Below, piece after piece: positions 50,349 through 57,180 of a stretch of DNA of 64,000 nt; position 1 is the first letter of the stretch; each line of letters begins with the position of its first letter. The notes under the pieces are model-generated. The model was given only the letters and a program-made list of their open reading frames with translations, was not told the DNA's origin and searched no databases. The stretch comes from an uncultured delta proteobacterium (lineage in GTDB: Bacteria > Myxococcota > Myxococcia > Myxococcales > Anaeromyxobacteraceae). Location of the stretch: NCBI GenBank assembly GCA_963828255.1, contig CAWHDZ010000007.1:96001-160000 (forward strand), given 5' to 3'. Made by a program: the position numbers and the translations under genes.

Positions 50349-50892
50349 CGACGGTGAACTCCCAGGCGCACCAGAGGTCGCCGCCGTGCGGATCGGGTGG
50401 GCAGGCGATGCAGCGGGTCCGGATCCTCGGGTCGACGGCGCGGGCGAACTCCGAGTACTCCACGATGCCCACCGACTTGCAAGGGAAGTCGGGGAGCCCC
50501 TTGCGCTGCCGGGCCGACTGCACGCGACAGTCGCGCATCACGAAGACGGCACGCGTGGCGGAGGCCTCGGTGACCTCCTGCACGTTGAGCCGCGCGTAGA
50601 GCCGGTGCTTCAGCGCCTCGAGGAGGGCGGGGATGCCGCCACCCGGAGCCATGCCGAGCCGGTCCATGATCCGGCGGGCCTCGACCACCGTGAACTTCTC
50701 CCAGGCGGCCCGGTCGGCCTCGATGGCCGCATCCATGCCGTGGACCTTCTCGACGGCCTGGAACCAGAGGCCGTCGTGGGCGAGCCAGTTCTTGGCGTCG
50801 TCCAGGATGATGCGGACGAGCTCCTCGCGCGGCAGGGACGCGAGCTGGGTGGCGGCGTCGAAGGGGTTCCCCGGTCCGTCAGCTTCCGCCAT
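50323..50892 (-). CDS. DUF6125-like (V4R/ATC-hydrolase fold) protein
   Basis: WLAHDGLWFQAVE, CRVQSARQRKGL, CKSVG, CIACPPD, CAWEF. Confidence 0.7.
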   Translation of the reverse strand: MAEADGPGNPFDAATQLASLPREELVRIILDDAKNWLAHDGLWFQAVEKVHGMDAAIEADRAAWEKFTVVEARRIMDRLGMAPGGGIPALLEALKHRLYARLNVQEVTEASATRAVFVMRDCRVQSARQRKGLPDFPCKSVGIVEYSEFARAVDPRIRTRCIACPPDPHGGDLWCAWEFTVDEPGSEAR

Positions 50893-51265
50893 TGTGGTCT
50901 CCCAGCAGCGCGTGGTCCACGACGTCTGCAAGGTACCGCTCGCCGACGAATCCGACCACCCGGTCCACCTCGTGGTGCCCCTTGAAGAAGAGGACCGTGG
51001 GCGTTCCCGAGACCCCCAGGCGCGCCGCCGTGGCCTGCGACTCGGCCGCGTTCAGCTCGGCCACCTTCACCCGACCCTGGTACCGCCCCGCCAGCGACAT
51101 GACGATGGGCTCCATGTTCTTGCAGGGGCCGCAGCCGGGGCTCCAGACGTCGAGCACCACGGGCAGCGCCGACCGCCGCACCTCGGCCACGAAGTTTTCG
51201 TCGTCCACGTGGACCGGCATGGCCTTGGGCGCGCCGGGGCCGAACAGCCGGGAGAGGAACCCCAT
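50879..51265 (-). CDS. Thioredoxin
   Basis: LDVWSPGCGPCK, GTPT; TGATG coupling to trxB. Confidence 0.88.
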   Translation of the reverse strand: MGFLSRLFGPGAPKAMPVHVDDENFVAEVRRSALPVVLDVWSPGCGPCKNMEPIVMSLAGRYQGRVKVAELNAAESQATAARLGVSGTPTVLFFKGHHEVDRVVGFVGERYLADVVDHALLGDHNGGS

Positions 51266-52203
51266 CACGCGGCCTTCTTGTGGTCCTTGACGAACTTCTG
51301 CACGGCCAGGGCTGCGATGGTGCCGTCGGCGACGGCGGTGGTGATCTGGCGAAAGCGCTTCGAGCGGATGTCGCCCGCCACGTAGACGCCGGGCACGTCG
51401 GTGGACATGTCCTCGCCGGTCTCCACGTAGCCCCACTGGTTCATCTTCACGACCCCCTTCACGAGGTCGGTGCGGGGCACGTAGCCCACGAAGACGAAGA
51501 CCCCGTCGGTGGCGAGCTCGCGCACCTCCTTGGTCTTCACGTTCTCGATGCGCAGCTTGTCGAGCTGGTTCTCGCCCAGGAAGGCGCGGGGCTCGGAGTC
51601 CCAGATCACCTCGATCTTGGGATTCTCGAGCGCCTCGGCGGCGGTCATCGGCTCGGCCTGGAAGTGGTCGAACTGGTGGATGATGGTGACCTTCTTCGCG
51701 AACTGGGTCAGGAAGAGCGACTCCTCGACGGCCGAGTTGCCGCCGCCGATGACGTGGATCTCCTTGCCGTCGAAGTAGGCCCCGTCGCAGGTGGCGCAGT
51801 AGGAGATGCCACGGCCGCGGTACTTCGATTCCCCGGGCACGCCCAGCTCCCGCGGCTTCGCGCCGGTGGCGATGATGACCGCCGGTGCCGAGACGTGCTC
51901 CTCCTCGTCGAGCTCGAAGGTCTTCACCGGGCCGGTGAGGTCGTGGGCGGTGATCTCGACGGCCCTCCGGACCTTCGCGCCGAATCGCTCGGCCTGGGTC
52001 GAGAAGGCCTTCGCCAGGTCGGCCCCCTTCACGTCCTCCGGGAACCCCGGGTAGTTCGACACCTTGTGGGTGGTCTTCATCTGGCCACCCGGGACGCTCT
52101 CGTCGAGAACCAGCGTCTTCAGGCGGGCGCGGGCGGCGTAGATGGCGGCCGACAGCCCGGCCGGTCCCGCCCCCACGATGATCACGTCGAACGACTCGGC
52201 CAT
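51265..52203 (-). CDS. trxB: Thioredoxin reductase
   Basis: GAGPAG, NYPGF, IATGA, SYCATCDG, GGGNSAVEE, AGD. Confidence 0.95.
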   Translation of the reverse strand: MAESFDVIIVGAGPAGLSAAIYAARARLKTLVLDESVPGGQMKTTHKVSNYPGFPEDVKGADLAKAFSTQAERFGAKVRRAVEITAHDLTGPVKTFELDEEEHVSAPAVIIATGAKPRELGVPGESKYRGRGISYCATCDGAYFDGKEIHVIGGGNSAVEESLFLTQFAKKVTIIHQFDHFQAEPMTAAEALENPKIEVIWDSEPRAFLGENQLDKLRIENVKTKEVRELATDGVFVFVGYVPRTDLVKGVVKMNQWGYVETGEDMSTDVPGVYVAGDIRSKRFRQITTAVADGTIAALAVQKFVKDHKKAA

Positions 52204-52226
52204 GGCGTCTCCGGGGAACGGGGTGG

Positions 52227-52565
52227 TCAGGCTCCGAGGAGCGACTCGACCTGGGCCTTGATGGCGGTCCTCTTGATCTCCTCGCCGCTCATGCGCTCAC
52301 CCTGCTCGGCGCCGCCCTTGAAGAAGACCAGGGTGGGGCTGCCGGTGACGCCCAGGCGGGCGGCCAGGTCCTTGTTGCCCTGGCGGAAGATCTTGAGGAA
52401 GCGGGCCTTGCCGGCGAACTGCTCGGCCACCGCGTCGAACTTGGGGGCCAGCGCCTCGCAGGGGGGGCACTCGGTGGAGAAGAAGTCGAGGATCACCGGG
52501 AGGGTCGACTTCGCGACCTCGGCCTCGAAGTCGGCCTGGGTGATCTCCTTCACGTATTCGCTCAT
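52227..52565 (-). CDS. Thioredoxin (CPPC)
   Basis: LDFFSTECPPCE, GSPT. Confidence 0.88.
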   Translation of the reverse strand: MSEYVKEITQADFEAEVAKSTLPVILDFFSTECPPCEALAPKFDAVAEQFAGKARFLKIFRQGNKDLAARLGVTGSPTLVFFKGGAEQGERMSGEEIKRTAIKAQVESLLGA

Positions 52566-52597
52566 GGTGACCTCGAGTGGGTAAAGGGTGGGACGGG

Positions 52598-52616
52598 CCC
52601 GGGGGCCCGCCCCGGG
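52598..52616. other. GC hairpin immediately 3' of peptide copy A
   Basis: CCCGGGG-N5-CCCCGGG stem-loop with no adjacent U-tract. Confidence 0.4.
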
Positions 52617-52621
52617 TGTTG

Positions 52622-52723
52622 CTAGTCGTGGCAGCCCGACACGAGCCGGGACGCCTTGGCGCAGCACTGCGCGACCTTCTCGGTCGTGCAGCATGCCTTC
52701 TTCACCTTCGTCAGCAGCTTCAT
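52622..52723 (-). CDS. Cys-rich 33-aa peptide, copy A (MKLLTKVKKACCTTEKVAQCCAKASRLVSGCHD), putative precursor
   Basis: AGGAGG SD; first gene of the rSAM/SPASM operon; paralog at 45589-45687; not in ORF track. Confidence 0.88.
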   Translation of the reverse strand: MKLLTKVKKACCTTEKVAQCCAKASRLVSGCHD

Positions 52724-52758
52724 CACGCCTCCTCTGGTGTTCGACGTCTACACCCCCC

Positions 52759-52787
52759 TTGGAGCCGCCCAGACCCGGGAGGGTTCG
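52759..52787 (-). promoter_or_regulatory. Conserved ECF-type promoter motif, copy 5
   Basis: CGAACCC-N14-GGCTCCAA upstream of peptide A. Confidence 0.65.
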
Positions 52788-52825
52788 CGAACCCCCGGTT
52801 GCGAGGATTCACCCGACCCCGCATC

Positions 52826-53059
52826 ATGTCCCTCACCTTGAGTTCCTGGAGTTGCCAGTACGAGGCCGAGGGCCTCTGCCGGAAGGTCGACGGCGCCTTT
52901 TGCCGCCCGGGGATGAAGGGGTGCGTCCTCGTCGGCAAGGTGACGTTCCAGGATGGAGTCATCCCGTCGCCGGTCTGGCCGTCGGAGGGCGAGGACGGGG
53001 TCGCTGGACCACTGGCAGCCCGGGCAGCTTCCGCTCGAAAGGGACCTTCCTCCACATGA
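52826..53059 (+). CDS. Small four-Cys hypothetical protein
   Basis: WSCQYEAEGLCRKVDGAFCRPGMKGCVL; ATGA overlap with modA; start uncertain. Confidence 0.6.
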   Translation: MSLTLSSWSCQYEAEGLCRKVDGAFCRPGMKGCVLVGKVTFQDGVIPSPVWPSEGEDGVAGPLAARAASARKGPSST

Positions 53060-53874
53060 CCGTGCCGTCGAGAGGCCAGATGCGGCTCCTCCTCCGGGCC
53101 GTCGCCGCGCTCTGCGCGACGGCCGCCCTGTCCGCTCCCGCCGCCGGCCGTGCCGCCGAGCCGCCGGTCCGCAAGGTCGCGGTGGCGGCCTCCGCCAACC
53201 TGCGCCTCGTCTTCGAGGAGCTCGCCGGGACCTTCGAGCGGCGCAATCCGGGGGTGAAGGTGGCGCCCACCTTCGGCGCCTCCGGCACGCTCTTCGCCCA
53301 GATCCAGCAGGGCGCGCCCTTCGACGTCTTCCTCGGCGCCGACCGCGCCTTCGCGTCGCGGCTCCACGAGGCCGGCCTGGCCCGCGGCGCCCCCTTCCCG
53401 TACGCCACCGGGAGGCTGGTGCTCTGGGTGGCGGCCCCGGCCCGGGTCGATCCGAACGTCCTCGGAGTGGGCGCCGTCGTGAACCCGGCCATCAAGAGGA
53501 TCGCCGTCGGAAACCCGGCAGTCTCCCCCTACGGCGCCGCCGCCGAGCAGGCGCTCCGGTCCGCGGGCTTCCTCGACACCGTGAAGGGGAAGCTCGTGGA
53601 GGCCGAGAGCATCCTCCAGGTGATCCAGCTCGCCCAGGGCGGTACCGTTCAGGCGGCCTTCGTCCCCTGGTCGATGGTCGTGGTCCCGCCCCTCGCGTCG
53701 CTGGGGCGGTACGTCAACGTCCCGGCCGGCTCCTACTCTCCCATCGAGCAGTTCGGCGTGGTCCTGGCCGGAGCCCGCGACCCCAAGCTGGCCGAGGATT
53801 TCGCCGCCTTCGTCCGCGGCCGCACGGGCCGCACCATCCTCGAGCGGCACAAGTACACGCTGCCGCCCGGCTGA
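53056..53874 (+). CDS. modA: Molybdate ABC transporter substrate-binding protein
   Basis: AASANL, FGASG, GAPFDVF, NPAVSPYG; start 53056 or 53080. Confidence 0.9.
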   Translation: MTVPSRGQMRLLLRAVAALCATAALSAPAAGRAAEPPVRKVAVAASANLRLVFEELAGTFERRNPGVKVAPTFGASGTLFAQIQQGAPFDVFLGADRAFASRLHEAGLARGAPFPYATGRLVLWVAAPARVDPNVLGVGAVVNPAIKRIAVGNPAVSPYGAAAEQALRSAGFLDTVKGKLVEAESILQVIQLAQGGTVQAAFVPWSMVVVPPLASLGRYVNVPAGSYSPIEQFGVVLAGARDPKLAEDFAAFVRGRTGRTILERHKYTLPPG

Positions 53875-53877
53875 GAG

Positions 53878-54540
53878 ATGGACGCCGAGGCGCTCCGGCT
53901 CAGCTTCACGCTCGCCGCGCTGACCACCGCGGCGCTCCTGGTCCTCGGCCTGCCCCTGGCCGCCTGGCTCGCCGTCTCGCGCTGGCGGTGGAAGCCCCTC
54001 GTCGAGGCGGTGGTGGCCCTGCCGCTCGTGCTCCCGCCCACCGTGCTCGGGTTCTACCTGCTGGTGGCCATGGGCCCCTCGAACCCCTTCGGCCGCGCCT
54101 GGGTCTCCGCCTTCGGACGCCCCCTGGCCTTCAGCTTCGAGGGGCTCCTCCTGGCCTCGGTGATCTACTCGCTCCCCTTCGCGGTGCAGCCCTTCGCCGC
54201 GGCCCTCTCCGCGGTGGACCCCCGCCAGGTGGAGGCCTCCCACACCCTGGGTGTATCCCGCCTGGCCACCTTCTTCCGCGTGAGCCTGCCCATCGCCGCA
54301 CCGGGCGTGGTGGCCGGCTCGGTGCTCACCTTCGCCCACGCGCTCGGCGAGTTCGGCGTCGTGCTCATGGTCGGCGGGAACATCCCGGGCGAGACGCGCA
54401 CCCTCTCCATCGCCATCTTCGACTCGGTGGAGCAGCTCGACTACGCCACCGCGTCCCGGACCGCGCTCTTCCTCCTCGCCGTCTCCTTCACCGTCCTCGT
54501 GGTCACCTACTCGCTGCGGCGACGCCCGGTGCTCGGGTGA
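53878..54540 (+). CDS. modB: Molybdate ABC transporter permease
   Basis: LPLVLPPTVLGFYL, FAHALGEFG, GGNIPGETRT. Confidence 0.95.
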   Translation: MDAEALRLSFTLAALTTAALLVLGLPLAAWLAVSRWRWKPLVEAVVALPLVLPPTVLGFYLLVAMGPSNPFGRAWVSAFGRPLAFSFEGLLLASVIYSLPFAVQPFAAALSAVDPRQVEASHTLGVSRLATFFRVSLPIAAPGVVAGSVLTFAHALGEFGVVLMVGGNIPGETRTLSIAIFDSVEQLDYATASRTALFLLAVSFTVLVVTYSLRRRPVLG

Positions 54541-55637
54541 CCGCGCGCATCTCGGCCGAGGTGCGCCGCTCCTTCCCCGGCGGCGCCGGGATCCGGGCCG
54601 TCCTCGACGAGCCGCTCGCCCCTGGCCAGGTGCTGGTCCTCTTCGGGCCGTCCGGCTCGGGGAAGACGACCGTGCTGCGCGCGGTGGCCGGGCTCGACCG
54701 GCCCGACGCCGGCGCCATCTCCTTCGACGGCGAGACCTGGTTCGACGCCGCGTCCGGGGTCTTCGTCTCGCCCCAGCGGCGGCGCGCCGGCTTCCTCTTC
54801 CAGGACTTCGCGCTCTTTCCCCACCTCTCCGTCGAGGAGAACGTCGCCTACGGCCTCGGCCGGCTCGCCCGCGAGGAGCGGAAGGGGAGGGTCCTGGAGG
54901 CGGCCCGCCTGCTCCGGGTCGAGCCGCTGCTGGGCCGGAGGATCTCCATGCTCTCCGGGGGGGAGCGGCAGCGCGTGGCCCTGGCCCGCGCGCTCGCCCC
55001 CCGTCCCCGGCTCCTGCTGCTCGACGAGCCCCTCTCCGCCCTCGACGGTCCCACGCGCGAGGAGCTGCGCGGCGAGCTGCGCGCACTCCTCCACCACCTG
55101 GGCATCCCGTCGATCCTGGTGACGCACGACAGGGTCGAGGCGCTGGCGCTGGGGGACCGGCTGGCGGTGCTGGTGGACGGCGTGGTCCGGCAGTCGGGCC
55201 CGGTCGAGGAGGTCTTCGGCGCTCCCGCCGACACAGCGGTGGCGCGCGTGGTGGGCACCGAGAACGTGCTGGCGGTCCGCGTGGCCGGGAGCGAGGGAGG
55301 GCTCGTCCTCGTCGAGGCGGGGCCCGGGGCGGTACCGGTCCGTCTCCTCGCCGTGGACCCCGGACACCTTCCCGCCGAGGCCTTCGCCTGCATCCGCGCC
55401 GAGGAGGTGATCCTCGAGGCGGCTCCCGGCGCGGCCACCAGCGCGCGGAATCACCTGCGCGGCGTGGTGACGTCGATGGTGAACGAGGGGCCGCTGGTGC
55501 GCGTCACCCTCGACTGCGGTGTCCGCCTGGTGGCGCTCGTGACCCGGCCGGGAGCCGAGCAGCTCGCGCTCGCCCCGGGGCTCACCGTGGCGGCGCTCCT
55601 GAAGGCCCAGGCGGTGCGGCTCGTCCCGAGAAGCTAG
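54537..55637 (+). CDS. modC: Molybdate ABC transporter ATPase with TOBE domain
   Basis: GPSGSGKT, LSGGERQR, LLDEP, SARN TOBE. Confidence 0.92.
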   Translation: MTARISAEVRRSFPGGAGIRAVLDEPLAPGQVLVLFGPSGSGKTTVLRAVAGLDRPDAGAISFDGETWFDAASGVFVSPQRRRAGFLFQDFALFPHLSVEENVAYGLGRLAREERKGRVLEAARLLRVEPLLGRRISMLSGGERQRVALARALAPRPRLLLLDEPLSALDGPTREELRGELRALLHHLGIPSILVTHDRVEALALGDRLAVLVDGVVRQSGPVEEVFGAPADTAVARVVGTENVLAVRVAGSEGGLVLVEAGPGAVPVRLLAVDPGHLPAEAFACIRAEEVILEAAPGAATSARNHLRGVVTSMVNEGPLVRVTLDCGVRLVALVTRPGAEQLALAPGLTVAALLKAQAVRLVPRS

Positions 55638-55648
55638 GATACCGAGCC

Positions 55649-56326
55649 ATGTCTGCCCGAGAGCGATTCGACGACGCCTACTACCGCCGCCACTACCAGG
55701 GCCCGGACCGGGTCCATTCGGCGTCCCAGGTCGGTCGCCTCGCGGCGGGCGTGGCGGGGATGGCCGCCTGGCTGGGCGTCGAGGTCGGGTCGGTGCTCGA
55801 GGTGGGCGCAGGCCCCGGCCACTGGCGTGCATGGTTTCGCCGCCACCGCCCCTCCGTCCGGTACGTCTCCACCGACGTGTCGCCCTGGGCCTGCCGGCGC
55901 TGGGGGCACGCGCGACGGGACATCTCCGCGTGGCGCCCGCGCAGCCCTTTCGATCTCGTGGTCTGCCAGGGGGTCCTCCAGTACCTCGACGACGCGGCGG
56001 CCGCCCGGGCCATCGGCAACCTGGCAGCCGCGTGCAAGGGGCTCCTCTACCTGGAGGCCGTCACCCGCCACGACCTCGACGAGGTCGTGGACGCCGAGCG
56101 GACAGACACCGACATCCACGCGCGCGAGGGAGAGTGGTACCGGGACCGTCTCACCCCGCACTTCGCCCAGGTCGGGGCTGGCCTCTGGGCCGCGCGGTCG
56201 GCGGGGATTCCACTCTACGAGCTCGAGGGCGCCCCGGTCCATTCCAGGCTCCGGCGCCAGAGCTCGGCGGCCAGGGCCGGGTCGTCGGCGGCGCGGCTCG
56301 GGCGGACCGGCTTGCAGGAGTCGTAG
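55649..56326 (+). CDS. Class I SAM-dependent methyltransferase
   Basis: VLEVGAGPG, FDLVVCQGVLQYL; tail overlaps convergent SDR. Confidence 0.8.
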   Translation: MSARERFDDAYYRRHYQGPDRVHSASQVGRLAAGVAGMAAWLGVEVGSVLEVGAGPGHWRAWFRRHRPSVRYVSTDVSPWACRRWGHARRDISAWRPRSPFDLVVCQGVLQYLDDAAAARAIGNLAAACKGLLYLEAVTRHDLDEVVDAERTDTDIHAREGEWYRDRLTPHFAQVGAGLWAARSAGIPLYELEGAPVHSRLRRQSSAARAGSSAARLGRTGLQES

Positions 56327-57069
56327 TAGCCCCCGCTCTCCAGCTCCTCGATCGGCGCGGTGGCGCAGTGGATCGTGGTCCGCGCCCCCTCCTCGGGGGA
56401 GATCATGAAGAGCTTGGCCAGGTGGCGCAGCCCCCAGGGCAGCTCCCTCCAGATGTCGGTGGCCACCACGCCGGGGTGCAGCGAGAAGGAGCTCACGCCG
56501 CTTCCTGCCAGCCGCCGGGCCAGCTCCCTCGTGAAGAGCACGTTGGCGAGCTTCGACACGGAGTACTCGGCGATGCCGCCGGTGGACGCGGCGGGACGGC
56601 GCTGCGCCTCCCAGGCCATGCCCTTCGCCCGGTAATGGGCCCGGCTCGCCACGTTCACGATGCGTGACGGGGCGGAGGCCCGGAGCCGGTCGAGCAGGAG
56701 CAGGGTGAGGAGGAAGGGCCCGAGGTGGTTGGTCCCGAAGGTGACCTCGAATCCCTCCGGGGTGAGCCCGCGCACGCCGGCCAGGCCGGCGTTGTTCACC
56801 AGCACGTGCAGGGGCAGCCCCCGGGAGAGGAACGCGGCGGCGGCGCTCCGGACCGAGCCGAGGTCGGAGAGGTCGACCGGGAGGAAGTCGACCTGCGCGT
56901 TCCCGGTGGAGCGCCGGATGGCCTCGACAACAGGAGCGGTCCGGGCCTCCGACCGTCCCGCCAGGACGACGTGGCCGCCCCGCCGCGCCAGTTCCTCGGC
57001 GGTGACCCGGCCGATCCCGGTGCTCGCGCCGGTCACGAGGAACACCTTTCCGCACAGATCCTCTTGCAT
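56215..57069 (-). CDS. SDR oxidoreductase (retinol dehydrogenase-like)
   Basis: TGASTGIG, NNAG, YSVSK, HPGVV. Confidence 0.92.
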   Translation of the reverse strand: MQEDLCGKVFLVTGASTGIGRVTAEELARRGGHVVLAGRSEARTAPVVEAIRRSTGNAQVDFLPVDLSDLGSVRSAAAAFLSRGLPLHVLVNNAGLAGVRGLTPEGFEVTFGTNHLGPFLLTLLLLDRLRASAPSRIVNVASRAHYRAKGMAWEAQRRPAASTGGIAEYSVSKLANVLFTRELARRLAGSGVSSFSLHPGVVATDIWRELPWGLRHLAKLFMISPEEGARTTIHCATAPIEELESGGYYDSCKPVRPSRAADDPALAAELWRRSLEWTGAPSSS

Positions 57070-57180
57070 CCACGGAAGCTAGTGGCCCGTCCCGGACAGG
57101 GCAAGCGCCCCGGTCCCGGTGTGGCTAGAATGGGGGGAAGACTGCGGCCCCGCCGCGCCTCTCAATCCCCGGAGCCCAGC

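Noticed and set aside
56215..56326. 112-bp convergent overlap of methyltransferase and SDR genes
   Set aside because: Most likely stop-codon drift in GC-rich DNA.
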